Assembly (NCBI GenBank): GCA_964524295.1
Contig: CAZGCW010000003.1
Coordinates: 1 to 47,695 of the forward strand
Source of the DNA: an uncultured Pseudomonadales bacterium
GTDB taxonomy: Bacteria > Pseudomonadota > Gammaproteobacteria > Pseudomonadales > Azotimanducaceae
DNA: 47,695 bases
Direction: 5' to 3'
This document shows, piece after piece, positions 1 to 10,168 of this stretch. The notes under the pieces were generated by a model. It saw nothing but the letters and a program-made list of their open reading frames with translations. It made no database searches and had not been told where the DNA came from. Position 1 is the stretch's first letter; the number at the start of each line of letters is the position of its first letter. The position numbers and the translations under genes were made by a program.

Positions 1-23
1 ATTTAAATCATCAGGAATAACTT

Positions 24-2276
24 ATGAGCGATCTTATTGGGCCTGACGCTACTGAATCCCAGTCGTTAGCTGAATTTACTGAAAGCGCCTACTTGAACTA
101 TGCGATGTACGTGATCAATGATCGTGCCTTGCCTCATATTGGCGATGGTTTGAAACCTGTCCAGAGAAGAATTATTTACGCTATGTCAGAGCTCCGTTTG
201 AATGCGGATGCAAAATATATGAAGTCTGCGAGGACGATTGGTGATGTGATCGGCAAATATCATCCTCATGGAGACTCAGCTAGTTATGAAGCCATGGTGC
301 TGATGGCGCAACGGTTCACTTATCGATATCCGCTGGTTGATGGACAGGGTAACTGGGGATCTCCAGATGATCCAAAATCCTACGCTGCGATGCGTTATAC
401 AGAATCAAAACTGACCCGATATGCGGAAATCCTACTGGCGGAATTAGGTCAAGGTACGGTCGAATGGGCAACTAATTTTGATGGCACTATGGAAGAGCCC
501 GTGTCGTTACCTGCTAGGTTGCCGAACCTGCTATTAAACGGGGGTACTGGAATCGCCGTGGGTATGGCGACTGATATTTTGCCCCATAACTTAAATGAAA
601 TTGTCAGTGCTTGCCTGCGATTGCTGGATCAACCCAAGGCAACGACGACTGAACTGATGGAGCATGTCCATGGTCCTGATTTCCCTAGTGGAGCCGAAAT
701 TGTTTCTTCTGTGGAGGAAATCAGGCAAGCCTATGAAACCGGTCGAGGCTCGGTACGTGCAAGGGCCATCTTTGAGATTGAAGAGAATGATATTGTTATT
801 ACTGCGCTTCCCTACCAGGTTTCTGGAACCAAAGTGCTCGAGCAGATCGCGGCGCAAATGCAGGCCAAGAAATTACCTATGGTTGCTGATCTGCGAGATG
901 AATCAGACCATGAAAACCCGACTCGAATTGTTGTTATTCCTCGAAGTAACCGGGTTGATAAGAGTCAGCTGATGAGTCATTTGTTTGCCAGTACTGATTT
1001 GGAAAGAACCTATCGCGTCAATATGAATGTGATCCAGCTCAGTGGCCGACCTGGTGTTTGTTCTTTAAAACAACTGTTGACTGAATGGCTGGCTTATCGG
1101 TCTGACACCGTTATCAGGCGTCTTCAGTATCGTCTGGAAAAAATCCTCGATCGTTTGCATATTCTTGAAGGGTTATTGGTCGCTTTCCTGAATATTGATG
1201 AAGTCATTAATATTATTCGGTCTGAGGATAAGCCGAAGCAGGTACTGATGGACCGTTATGAATTGTCTGATAGACAAGCTGATGCCATATTGGATATTCG
1301 ATTACGGCAGTTAGCTAAACTAGAAGAACAGAAGATTCGCGGTGAGCAGGCAGAACTGAGTGCTGAAAGGCTTGATCTGGAAAAAACCATTGGCTCAAAA
1401 GCCAGGTTGAAGACTTTGATTAAGAAAGAATTGACGGAGGATGCCAAGGTTTATGGTGACGCTCGCCGCTCTTTGATTGTTGTCAGGGACGAAGCCCAGG
1501 CGTTTAGCGAGCGAGAATTGTTGTCAAGTGAACCCATTACGGTTGTGTTGTCGCAAAAAGGCTGGGTTAGGGCTGCTAAGGGTCATGAAATTAAGGGGGA
1601 AGAGCTGAGTTATCGTACCGGCGATGAATACTTGGTGATGGCGCATGGCAAGTCTGATCAGGATGCCGTTTTCCTTGATTCAAAGGGTAGGACCTATGCT
1701 TTGCCTGCGCATAACCTGCCCTCGGCGCGAGGCCAGGGAGAGCCACTGACCGGCAAGGTAAATCCGCCACCGGGTGTTCACTTTACCGGGCTGTTGTTAG
1801 GGGAAGGCGCAGGCCGCTACCTGGTAGCCAGTGATGCCGGTTACGGATTTGTCGGGCGTCTCGAAGACATGATCAGTAAGAATAAGGCAGGTAAGGCCTT
1901 CTTACGAACGCCTCTAGATTCGGTCGCGTTACAGCCCGTGCCGGTGTTCGATTTAGAAAACGATTTTATAGCTGCTTTTACCAGCCAGGGAAGGCTGCTT
2001 ATTTTCCCAGTGAAAGACTTGCCCGAACTGACCAAGGGTAAAGGGAATAAAATTATTAATATTCCTGCAGCAGATGTGCGAAATCGGATAGAGACGATGT
2101 CCTACCTGATTGCATTTGGTGAACGTGACACGCTGATGGTGTTATCAGGCAAGCGCCACATTAACCTTACTATGAAAGAGTTAGCCCATTATCAGGGTGA
2201 ACGAGCACGACGGGGTTTGAAGTTACCACGCGGGTTTCAGAAAGTGGATGGGGTTACCTTGATTCGTAAGGCCTGA
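24..2276 (+). CDS. parC: DNA topoisomerase IV subunit A
   Basis: 750-aa ORF with GyrA/ParC signatures [15 protein letters not shown] and YHPHGD, and the catalytic-Tyr region [10 protein letters not shown]. The ~750-aa length and lack of a GyrA-type tail favour ParC. It neighbours serB, as in Pseudomonas. Confidence 0.93.
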   Translation: MSDLIGPDATESQSLAEFTESAYLNYAMYVINDRALPHIGDGLKPVQRRIIYAMSELRLNADAKYMKSARTIGDVIGKYHPHGDSASYEAMVLMAQRFTYRYPLVDGQGNWGSPDDPKSYAAMRYTESKLTRYAEILLAELGQGTVEWATNFDGTMEEPVSLPARLPNLLLNGGTGIAVGMATDILPHNLNEIVSACLRLLDQPKATTTELMEHVHGPDFPSGAEIVSSVEEIRQAYETGRGSVRARAIFEIEENDIVITALPYQVSGTKVLEQIAAQMQAKKLPMVADLRDESDHENPTRIVVIPRSNRVDKSQLMSHLFASTDLERTYRVNMNVIQLSGRPGVCSLKQLLTEWLAYRSDTVIRRLQYRLEKILDRLHILEGLLVAFLNIDEVINIIRSEDKPKQVLMDRYELSDRQADAILDIRLRQLAKLEEQKIRGEQAELSAERLDLEKTIGSKARLKTLIKKELTEDAKVYGDARRSLIVVRDEAQAFSERELLSSEPITVVLSQKGWVRAAKGHEIKGEELSYRTGDEYLVMAHGKSDQDAVFLDSKGRTYALPAHNLPSARGQGEPLTGKVNPPPGVHFTGLLLGEGAGRYLVASDAGYGFVGRLEDMISKNKAGKAFLRTPLDSVALQPVPVFDLENDFIAAFTSQGRLLIFPVKDLPELTKGKGNKIINIPAADVRNRIETMSYLIAFGERDTLMVLSGKRHINLTMKELAHYQGERARRGLKLPRGFQKVDGVTLIRKA

Positions 2277-2336
2277 AACTATTAGGTATGTTTAGCGCGA
2301 AACCACCAGGATATTTGAGCTGGTTCGATTGGCGCT

Positions 2337-3497
2337 CTAATTTGGGTTCTGGTTCGAACTCGCGTCAGTCCGCATATGCAGAGAAAATAGTTCGATATCT
2401 GAAGCCAAAGGTGAATGGAATGGTTTGATGTCATAGTGATTGAAGATTGAATCTGGGGAAAGTTGGCTGGTTTCACTGGCCGTCTGGGTCAGTTCATCAT
2501 AAATTGTTTTGCTGATTAAAGGATTACCGGGGCTCAGAGAAGCCAGGTACCGAACGCGTTTTGTCATATCTTCATGGTCCTCATACAATCCTTGCGCCAA
2601 GGCCATTTTAGTTTGCAGGCGATCTTCAGATGTGAATACCAGTTGCTCGATAAAACGGGTGAATTCAAGGCAGTTCTGCAGGTGTTGATATGAACGGAAC
2701 TGTATCTCGTATTCACCGCTGGTGACTTCAAAAAGATGACCTTGAAGTTCCTGACATCGTCTGACTATTTCCTGCTCAGGAATCAGACGCTGGGGGGTTA
2801 GTTTAATTGCCAGCAAGGTACAAGAAAGACTGACTTCCGTTGACTTAAGGGTAGCCTTGTCGACGACGGTTACTGGCTCGGGGCGCTTCTTATCGGTAAC
2901 CCACAAGATCAGGAAGTCCCCGTAAAAGTAGGCCAGGCTGCAAACTAGCCCAATGATAAGACTGTATACGAAGATAGAACTCCACAACATGAAAGCCAAA
3001 AAGTCAGAATTAGGGGTATCGCTGAATTCGACGACCAAACGACCAAGAGATTCCGTTTGGGAGCTGATTTCTGCAATCAAGCGGGTTGAATTAGTCTGGC
3101 TTAAGCCGCTTTGGGCCAGTAGCCTGTTTTGTGGATCATAGATAGCGGCTAAAGAGATATGCTGTTCCAGGGATAGATCATCGACCATGACATTGAGAGA
3201 CAGTAGATCACGTTTGGCCAGATAATCAGCAGCAACCCGGGCAATCTGATTTGCGGCGCTTTGATGAAGTTTCCTATTTTCAATATCCAGTGTATTGGAA
3301 GAAACAATCAGAATTCCGGAAATGGTTATCACAGCGCTGATGATCAGGGGTGCTGTCAAGGCGACCAAAAGTCTTAATCTGGATTCAAACATAGTAGGTA
3401 AAGCCAGCATTCCAGCGTCGGAGTATAACGCATTATATTCGGTGACTGTTCGTGGTTGTATTAATAAGAGATAATATAGTGCCTGCCCCATAGACAC
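2337..3497 (-). CDS. Inner-membrane protein. The N-terminal half is AhpA/YtjB(Smp)-like (TM - periplasmic segment - TM). It is followed by an uncharacterised cytoplasmic C-terminal domain of roughly 170-190 aa.
   Basis: Two hydrophobic segments (LLVALTAPLIISAVITISGILIV; FLAFMLWSSIFVYSLIIGLVCSLAYFY) flank a segment containing AAIYDPQNRLLAQSG, which resembles E. coli YtjB (...GVYDEQGDLIARSG). The gene is divergent from serB, like E. coli ytjB. The annotated start is only 5 nt from the serB start, so Met30 (3410) or Met36 (3392) may be the true start. Confidence 0.6.
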   Translation of the reverse strand: MSMGQALYYLLLIQPRTVTEYNALYSDAGMLALPTMFESRLRLLVALTAPLIISAVITISGILIVSSNTLDIENRKLHQSAANQIARVAADYLAKRDLLSLNVMVDDLSLEQHISLAAIYDPQNRLLAQSGLSQTNSTRLIAEISSQTESLGRLVVEFSDTPNSDFLAFMLWSSIFVYSLIIGLVCSLAYFYGDFLILWVTDKKRPEPVTVVDKATLKSTEVSLSCTLLAIKLTPQRLIPEQEIVRRCQELQGHLFEVTSGEYEIQFRSYQHLQNCLEFTRFIEQLVFTSEDRLQTKMALAQGLYEDHEDMTKRVRYLASLSPGNPLISKTIYDELTQTASETSQLSPDSIFNHYDIKPFHSPLASDIELFSLHMRTDASSNQNPN

Positions 3498-3502
3498 GAT
3501 TC

Positions 3503-4708
3503 ATGAGTAATCTTGCACTGATTAATATCACCGGGAGAGATAAGCCCGGATTGACCGCTTTAGTCACATCCATTCTAAGTGAGATGGATGTGACCATACT
3601 CGATATTGGCCAGGCTGTAATTCATGATTATCTGAACTTAGGAATTCTGGTTGAGTCGACCCATACCACTGAAACACTTCTGCAGCGAATCAAGTCTGAT
3701 ATTGAACAGGCAGGGTTGAGTATCAATATTAATTCGGTTGATAAGGATCGCTATAGGCAATGGGTTATGCAGCAGGGTCGACGTCGTACTATTTTGACGC
3801 TGCTCGCCCGGAAGATTAAAGCCAGTCATATTGCGGCCGTGACCAAGATGATTGTTCAGCATAATTTGAATATAGATAAGATCACTCGACTCTCTGGCAG
3901 AATCCCGCTGCAGGATAGCCAAAAAATAACCCGCGCCTGTGTGGAGTTTTCCCTGAGGGGCGAGCCGTCTACTGATTTCCGTGAGAATTTGATGGCCTTG
4001 GCGAGTCGACTTGATATCGATATAGCGGTGCAGGAGGATGGTATTTTCAGGAGGCATCGACGTCTGATTGCGTTTGATATGGATTCGACCTTGATTGATA
4101 CCGAGGTCATCGACGAGTTAGCGATCGCGGCCGGTGTGGGTGAGCAAGTTGCTGACATAACCGAAAAAGCCATGGGCGGCCATTTAGACTTTCAGGAAAG
4201 TTTGAGACAGCGGGTCAGCCTGTTGGCCGGACTGCCTGTACAGACGCTGTCTGAAATTGCTCAGCGTTTACCCTTGACGGAAGGTGTTGAAGTTCTTTTC
4301 CCTGCTTTGAAAACCTTGGGGTACAAGACCGCTATTATTTCCGGCGGATTTAATTATTTTGGTGAGTTCCTGCAGCAGAGGTTAGGCATCGATTACGTTT
4401 ATGCCAATGGGCTCGACGTCGTTGATGGAAAGCTGACTGGTGAGGTTGTTAGGCCGGTGGTTGATGCAAAGGCTAAAGCGACTATTCTCTCTGAGTTGGC
4501 TCGAAAAGAAGGTATCGCCATGGAGCAGACCATTGCCGTGGGCGATGGTGCCAATGATATAGAGATGCTGGCGGCGGCGGGTTTGGGTATTGCTTATCAT
4601 GCCAAGGCTATTGTACGGGATCGTAGTGATCATGCTATCTCCCAATTGGGTCTTGACAGTATTCTGTTTTTACTCGGAATCAGTGATAGAGAGCATGATA
4701 ATCACTAA
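3503..4708 (+). CDS. serB: Phosphoserine phosphatase with N-terminal ACT domains
   Basis: HAD motifs FDMDSTLI (DxDST) and GDGANDI are present. The N-terminus LINITGRDKPGLTA is typical of ACT-SerB in pseudomonads. Length is 401 aa. Confidence 0.93.
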   Translation: MSNLALINITGRDKPGLTALVTSILSEMDVTILDIGQAVIHDYLNLGILVESTHTTETLLQRIKSDIEQAGLSININSVDKDRYRQWVMQQGRRRTILTLLARKIKASHIAAVTKMIVQHNLNIDKITRLSGRIPLQDSQKITRACVEFSLRGEPSTDFRENLMALASRLDIDIAVQEDGIFRRHRRLIAFDMDSTLIDTEVIDELAIAAGVGEQVADITEKAMGGHLDFQESLRQRVSLLAGLPVQTLSEIAQRLPLTEGVEVLFPALKTLGYKTAIISGGFNYFGEFLQQRLGIDYVYANGLDVVDGKLTGEVVRPVVDAKAKATILSELARKEGIAMEQTIAVGDGANDIEMLAAAGLGIAYHAKAIVRDRSDHAISQLGLDSILFLLGISDREHDNH

Positions 4709-4942
4709 TGGGGAACGGTTTCATGGTTCGGGGTTGGTGCTGAAATTGGTAGGGTTAAAGGGTCAATCTAGAACGGGTTATGAGGTGACAGGCGATTCAA
4801 CTCAACCCGCTCAATTGTGGTCCATCGTCAATCAATACTATAAGCCTGTGGTTTAAACCGGTGCGGCTTACTGGTGTTGATTCAATGAATTTGAAGGACA
4901 TTGCCTGTATTATGGGGGCAGGTAAACGAGGAACCTGGAATT

Positions 4943-5518
4943 ATGGCTAGTTTTTCTACTAATGAATTTAAATCAGGACTTAAAGTTCTTCTTGAGGGGG
5001 AACCCTGCAGCATTGTTGAAAATGAATTTGTAAAGCCCGGTAAAGGCCAGGCGTTCAATCGAGTTAAACTTAAAAACCTGAAAAGTGGAAGGGTCTGGGA
5101 GCGGACTTTTAAATCTGGCGAGTCACTCGAAGGAGCTGATGTCATGGAATACGATATGGAATATCTGTATACCGATGGCGAGTATTGGCATTTTATGCGA
5201 ACCGATGGCAGTTACGAACAGTTGGCGGCGGATAAAGCGGCCGTCAGTGATGCCATGCAATGGTTGAAAGAAACAGAAAAATGTACGGTCACGCTCTGGG
5301 ATGAGGTGCCTATTCTTGTTCTTGCGCCTAACTTTGTTGAACTTGAGGTTGCTGAAACCGATCCAGGTCTTAAGGGTGATACTGCCAGTGGAGGTTCTAA
5401 ACCAGCAACCTTAACCACCGGGGCAGTGGTTAAGGTTCCGTTGTTTATTAATATCGGAGAAGTTGTTCGAGTTGACACTCGAACTGGAGAATATCAAGGC
5501 AGAGGCAAAAGTAGCTGA
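4943..5518 (+). CDS. efp: Elongation factor P
   Basis: [15 protein letters not shown]... with the modification loop KPGKGQAF (Lys34 type). I placed the start at the ATG at 4943, which is preceded by GAGGAA. The track ORF starting at 4901 adds 14 non-conserved residues. Confidence 0.93.
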   Translation: MASFSTNEFKSGLKVLLEGEPCSIVENEFVKPGKGQAFNRVKLKNLKSGRVWERTFKSGESLEGADVMEYDMEYLYTDGEYWHFMRTDGSYEQLAADKAAVSDAMQWLKETEKCTVTLWDEVPILVLAPNFVELEVAETDPGLKGDTASGGSKPATLTTGAVVKVPLFINIGEVVRVDTRTGEYQGRGKSS

Positions 5519-5521
5519 ACC

Positions 5522-6490
5522 ATGAATGAATGGCGGGCTCAGTCCTCGTGGCATGCACTGACGGCACGTGATCGGCTCAATCGGGTAATCAGAACTTTTT
5601 TTCAGGAACGAAATGTGACTGAAATCAGCACGCCAGTGCTTGGCTTAAGAGGGTCACCGGATTGTCAGTTGCGGAGTATGGAAGTCTGTATTCAAGACGA
5701 TCAATACTTTCTGCAGACCTCACCAGAATTTGCCATGAAAAGAATTTTGGCTACCTATGGCCAGCCAGTTTTCCAGATCTGTCCTGCTTTTCGACAAGCC
5801 GACCAGGGGCGGATGCATAACCCTGAGTTTTCTATATTAGAGTGGTATCAGCCAGGATTTGAAATTGGTGATTTAATGGAAGAGGTTTTAGCTCTGATCA
5901 GGCGTCTACCGGATGGTCAAGACGATTGGGCTGCAGAAACTGGGCAAGTATCCTACAGAGAATCGTTTTTAAATGAATTTGGTGTGGATCCGAATCGTGT
6001 CTCGATCGTTGAACTTAGGATCCTTATTGAAAAATATACCCGGCAGGAGGTTAGTCATCTGGGTCACTTTGATGATGAAATGGAACGATCTGACTGCCTT
6101 GACTACCTTTTTTCTGAATGTATTGCATCGAGTTTTTCTGGACTGACCTGGGTGGTTGATTTCCCTGTTTGTCAGGCTGCCCTGGCAGAGGTCGATGAGG
6201 CAAGGCAGATAGCCAGACGTTTCGAGTTATATGCCGATGGGATGGAGCTTGCAAATGGTTATCAGGAATTAACCGACGCCGTCGAAATGGAGTTTCGATT
6301 CAATCAATGGAATCAATTTAGGGCCACTCGAGGTCTACCCCACATGGTGGTTGACCAACGCTTGATATCGGCCGTTTCAGAATTGCCGAGGACATCTGGA
6401 GTGGCTATGGGTTTGGATCGTTTGATGATGGCGTGGCTGGATCTGGAAGATATAGCCGAGGTTATGCCCTTTGTTTGGCCGGTGAGCTAA
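5522..6490 (+). CDS. epmA: EF-P-(R)-beta-lysine ligase (PoxA/GenX, truncated class II LysRS paralog)
   Basis: Class II aaRS-like motifs are present: FRQADQGRMHNPEFSILEWY, FELYADGMELANGYQELTD and GVAMGLDRLMM. The protein aligns by eye with E. coli EpmA. It lies 3 nt downstream of efp. Confidence 0.88.
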   Translation: MNEWRAQSSWHALTARDRLNRVIRTFFQERNVTEISTPVLGLRGSPDCQLRSMEVCIQDDQYFLQTSPEFAMKRILATYGQPVFQICPAFRQADQGRMHNPEFSILEWYQPGFEIGDLMEEVLALIRRLPDGQDDWAAETGQVSYRESFLNEFGVDPNRVSIVELRILIEKYTRQEVSHLGHFDDEMERSDCLDYLFSECIASSFSGLTWVVDFPVCQAALAEVDEARQIARRFELYADGMELANGYQELTDAVEMEFRFNQWNQFRATRGLPHMVVDQRLISAVSELPRTSGVAMGLDRLMMAWLDLEDIAEVMPFVWPVS

Positions 6491-6497
6491 CCAAGGG

Positions 6498-7304
6498 TCA
6501 GTGTTCAAGGTTTTCACCTACCTTTAATAGGTCACCTGGAACGAACCGCCAGTCCGTAGGCCACTCGGTAATCACAATGACGGTGGAACCCAGTAGGAAC
6601 CGACCGGCCTCGTGACCCTGCTCAACCTGATACTGTTCAAATGATTCCTGGATTGTTCTACCGGCTTTGTAAGGGGCAGTATTCCACACTGCCTGCATCG
6701 CTGCGACAATCATTGCCCCTACCATCACCATGATCAATTCGCCCCGCGGTGTGTTTACACGGAAAACCAGCCGTTCATTTCGGGTAAACAGGCCATCAAT
6801 ATGCTCTGTTGTCGCGGCATTGACTGAATACAGGTCCCCGGGTATATAGTGACTCGATAGTAACTGGCCGTGACTGGGGAAATGCACCCGATGATAATCA
6901 TGAGGCGCTAAATAGACGGTTATGTAGCTACCTTTGCTGAACTGCTCAGATATTGGGTTGCCCACCAGTGCATCAAGTTTATAGGATATGCCCTTAGCCT
7001 GGATTAGTTGGCCGACCTTCAAGTGGCCTGATGCGGAGACTCGTCCATCAGCGGGAGCACTTAATCGCCCCGAAACAGGTCGACAACCAGATCTGAGTTC
7101 TCTTGAGAAGAAGTCATTAAAGCTGGTGTACGCCTCTGGTTTTGTACGTGCGGCTTCCTGCCAGTTGATTTTGTAAAAAGCACAGAAAGTATTAATCAGA
7201 ATGGTTTTTAGCCAGATATTCTCCTCTGCAGCAGCAAAGCCTACCAGCCTTGATATCAGATGTTTGGGTAAAAAGCGCTGGTAATGTGCGAATAGCCAGT
7301 TCAC
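6498..7304 (-). CDS. psd: Phosphatidylserine decarboxylase proenzyme
   Basis: The LGST self-cleavage motif (GRFLLGSTVIV) is present, and the N-terminus ...YQRFLPKHLISRLVG is conserved. The stop codon of the upstream rhodanese gene overlaps its start by 4 nt. Confidence 0.92.
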   Translation of the reverse strand: MNWLFAHYQRFLPKHLISRLVGFAAAEENIWLKTILINTFCAFYKINWQEAARTKPEAYTSFNDFFSRELRSGCRPVSGRLSAPADGRVSASGHLKVGQLIQAKGISYKLDALVGNPISEQFSKGSYITVYLAPHDYHRVHFPSHGQLLSSHYIPGDLYSVNAATTEHIDGLFTRNERLVFRVNTPRGELIMVMVGAMIVAAMQAVWNTAPYKAGRTIQESFEQYQVEQGHEAGRFLLGSTVIVITEWPTDWRFVPGDLLKVGENLEH

Positions 7305-8110
7305 ATCGTTTCCACGGGGGTGGTAGCGTCATTGCCCCATTCAGACCACGAGCCGTGATAGGCTTGAATTGAATAGCCTAGGTACTTGCCCACAAAGTAA
7401 GTTAATCCAGAACGGTGGTGACTCTGGCAGTGCGTTATGATGTGTTTTTCTGGGCTGATGCCATGCTGAGTTAGTAGGGAGGGCAGATCTTTTTTCAGGC
7501 GAAGGTGGTTTTCTCGGTCCATCATCATCTGCCAGTCAAGATTAATCGCCCCCGGAATATGGCCTCCGCGCGCCGCATATTTTGTAATTCCGGCGAATTC
7601 CTCGGGTGATCGAGCATCCCAGATAACGGCCGTATCCTGCTGCAGAGAATCTAGGATATCTGTGATTTCAGCAATCGGTTCCTGGTGAATCGTGAGGGTG
7701 ACATTAGTGGCTTGAGGAAGCGCGTGCTCTGTTTGAAGCGGCCTGTTTTCAGCTCGCCATGCAACTAACCCACCGTCTAGAAGGGACGCGCTTGAATGGC
7801 CGACTACGTCGAGGGTCCAGATGAATCGACCAGCCCAGCCACCGCCTTCATCGTCATAGATAACCAGATGTTTTGTGTCGGTATAACCGATTCTGGAAAA
7901 TAATTGTTCGAGTTTTCTTATATCGGGGAGTCGCCCCACGGCTGGAGGAATACCGGCTACCAAGTCTGTTGGAGAAATATGAATGGCGCCCGGTATATGA
8001 CCTTGGTGGTAGTTTTCGTCATGACATAGATCAATAATCAGCAGGTTTTCATCCGCTAGATGAGATTGTAGAGCGGGGGCATCAATTAGTAACGGAAGCA
8101 TGTTGTTCAT
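7301..8110 (-). CDS. rhdA: Tandem-rhodanese sulfurtransferase (thiosulfate/3-mercaptopyruvate type)
   Basis: Two rhodanese repeats with the active-site loop CQSHHRSG. The gene is translationally coupled upstream of psd, as with Pseudomonas rhdA-psd. Confidence 0.8.
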   Translation of the reverse strand: MNNMLPLLIDAPALQSHLADENLLIIDLCHDENYHQGHIPGAIHISPTDLVAGIPPAVGRLPDIRKLEQLFSRIGYTDTKHLVIYDDEGGGWAGRFIWTLDVVGHSSASLLDGGLVAWRAENRPLQTEHALPQATNVTLTIHQEPIAEITDILDSLQQDTAVIWDARSPEEFAGITKYAARGGHIPGAINLDWQMMMDRENHLRLKKDLPSLLTQHGISPEKHIITHCQSHHRSGLTYFVGKYLGYSIQAYHGSWSEWGNDATTPVETM

Positions 8111-8290
8111 TCTTCAAAAGATGAAGTTTACCTTAAGCTGAAGAGAAAAATGAGTGCAACCTGTATTCAAAAAGGCAATAGTACGCCAAGGCGACGTTCA
8201 AATTGGAGTTTACTCGGGCTATCGTATTTTAGGGCCAGAAGGGTTTTAATAGGAACGTGAATTTATTATTTAAATACTGTATTTCAAACT

Positions 8291-8833
8291 ATGGCTGATT
8301 ATTCAGAAAATTTGGTCTGGATCGATCTGGAAATGACCGGCTTGGATCCTGAGCGGGATCGAATCCTGGAGATTGCCACCATTATCACAGATTCCAGATT
8401 GAACATTGTTGCGGAAGGGCCGAATCTGGTGATTCATCAGGCGGCTGAAGTCCTGGCGGGCATGGACGAGTGGAATGTTTCGCACCATACTGAGTCTGGA
8501 CTAGTCGAGCGTGTTAATGCATCAACGATCATGGATGCTGATGCCGAAGCGGAAACGCTGGCTTTCGTGCAGCAGTATGTAGAAGCAAGGCAGTCCCCTT
8601 TGTGTGGAAACACGATCGGTCAGGACAGGCGGTTTTTGTGTCGCTATATGCCTGGCTTAGAGGCTTACTTGCATTATCGAAATATTGATGTCAGTACAGT
8701 AAAGGAATTAGCCTTACGCTGGCGACCCTCCATTGCAGCCTCTGTTAAAAAGGAGACGCGGCATCGCGCGCTCGATGATATTAGGGAGTCCATACACGAA
8801 TTGAAAGTTTATCAGGCCGAATTTTTCAGTTAA
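8291..8833 (+). CDS. orn: Oligoribonuclease
   Basis: DEDDh exonuclease motifs [10 protein letters not shown] and [11 protein letters not shown]. The 180-aa length is typical of Orn. Confidence 0.95.
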   Translation: MADYSENLVWIDLEMTGLDPERDRILEIATIITDSRLNIVAEGPNLVIHQAAEVLAGMDEWNVSHHTESGLVERVNASTIMDADAEAETLAFVQQYVEARQSPLCGNTIGQDRRFLCRYMPGLEAYLHYRNIDVSTVKELALRWRPSIAASVKKETRHRALDDIRESIHELKVYQAEFFS

Positions 8834-8907
8834 TGGTCGATAGCCCAGATAGAGCGTACAGTCAGTTTTCAAACGGATTACCTTCCTTGGATTTTGTAGC
8901 CCATTTA

Positions 8908-9085
8908 TGCTGATTAAGCAGAAATATTTCTGTTTCTAGTTAGGTTGTTTATAAGCAGAAATTTTTCTGTTTTTGGTGGGTTGTTTATAAGCAGAAATTT
9001 TTCTGTTTCTAGTTGGGTTGTTTATAAGCAGAAATTTTTCTGTATCTAGTTGGATTGTTTATAAGCAGAAAGCTTTACTGCTTGT
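8908..9085. repeat. Five contiguous tandem repeats with a 36-37 bp period. The consensus is GGTTGTTTATAAGCAGAAATTTTTCTGTTTCTAGTTG, and each copy carries a CAGAAA/TTTCTG hairpin.
   Basis: Read directly from the sequence. Copies start at about 8908 (degenerate), 8943, 8979, 9016 and 9053. The last copy forms the final codons plus stop of queG (minus strand ...SAYKQSN*). Confidence 0.9.
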
Positions 9086-10134
9086 TGATGAATAGCCCAT
9101 TCGATGTGCTCCGCAACCATTTCTGAACAGTCAGTTTGTTTCTCGATTAGGGCTTTTTGTATGAGGCTGGAACCGGGTGCGTTGCCGAGTGCTACGGCAA
9201 TATTTCTCAGCCAGCCGTTATAACCGGTTCTTCTAATGGCGGAACCTGCTGTATTAATGGAGAATTCGGCTTCACTCCACTGAAATAGATCTAATAACGT
9301 CGATTTGTCCAGCTTGTGCCTGGGTTGGAAATCGGTTTCTTGACTGGTTTGGGCATAGCGGTTCCAGGGGCAAACCAGTTGGCAGTCATCGCAGCCGAAA
9401 ATACGGTTGCCTATGGCATTTCGGAGTGCTTTGGGGATGGTTCCTCGATTTTCAATGGTGAGATAGGAAATACATTTTCTGGCATCCAGGACGTAAGGTG
9501 CGACAATGGCTTGAGTGGGACAGATGGACAAGCAGGCCGTGCAGGAACCACAATGATTTGATGGCCTTTCAACAGTTTGAGTTAATGGTAGGTTGGTCAG
9601 GAGTTCTCCCAGGAAGAACCAGGAACCTGCTGAACGGTTCATGAGTAGGGTGTTTTTACCGATCCAGCCGAGACCGGATTTCTCTGCTAGATGTTTTTCC
9701 AGTATAGGGGCGCTGTCAGTGCATGCCCGTGAATAAAATGGTCCCAGGTTCTTAACGTTGATATGGTCGTTGATTTGACTAGCCAGTCGCTTAAGTTTCG
9801 CACGGATTACTTTATGGTAATCCCGACCAAGCGCATAACGGGAAACGTAAGCAAACTCTTTTGATTTCAGGTTATTGCGGATACGCTGATGCCCGCTTTC
9901 AGGTAGATAATCCATGCGGACGGTGATCGCACTGATACTCCCTGTCAGCAGTTCCTGAGGTTGGACCCTCAGTTCCTGATTACGGGCCATGTAGGTCATG
10001 CTGCCTTGAAAGCCGTTGCTTAGCCAGGCTCTGAGATAATCTTCGTGAGCCGTCAGGTCCAGATTGCTGAAACCGGTCTCCTGAAAGCCCAGTTCCTGTG
10101 CCCATTGCTGAATTTTGTCCTTAATTTCTTGCAT
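9046..10134 (-). CDS. queG: tRNA epoxyqueuosine(34) reductase
   Basis: Two 4Fe-4S motifs (CGSCTACLSICPTQA and CDDCQLVCPWN) are present. The 362-aa length and the position next to nnr/tsaE are as expected. Confidence 0.93.
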   Translation of the reverse strand: MQEIKDKIQQWAQELGFQETGFSNLDLTAHEDYLRAWLSNGFQGSMTYMARNQELRVQPQELLTGSISAITVRMDYLPESGHQRIRNNLKSKEFAYVSRYALGRDYHKVIRAKLKRLASQINDHINVKNLGPFYSRACTDSAPILEKHLAEKSGLGWIGKNTLLMNRSAGSWFFLGELLTNLPLTQTVERPSNHCGSCTACLSICPTQAIVAPYVLDARKCISYLTIENRGTIPKALRNAIGNRIFGCDDCQLVCPWNRYAQTSQETDFQPRHKLDKSTLLDLFQWSEAEFSINTAGSAIRRTGYNGWLRNIAVALGNAPGSSLIQKALIEKQTDCSEMVAEHIEWAIHQQAVKLSAYKQSN

Positions 10135-10168
10135 TTATAGGACCTTCCGGTCTGTATTGCGACGGTGA

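Noticed and set aside
4709-4942. The 234-bp serB-efp spacer, including the 88-aa ORF at 4590..4856. I examined it for an epmB remnant or an sRNA.
   Set aside because: The ORF overlaps the serB 3' end, has no SD and matches no family I recognise. I saw no repeats or convincing structures, so it is probably just the efp promoter region.
8908-9085. A repeat array with internal palindromes, considered as a possible CRISPR array.
   Set aside because: The units are directly contiguous with a 36-37 bp period and no unique spacers. The last unit is part of the queG coding sequence, and no cas genes are nearby. It is a tandem duplication, not CRISPR.
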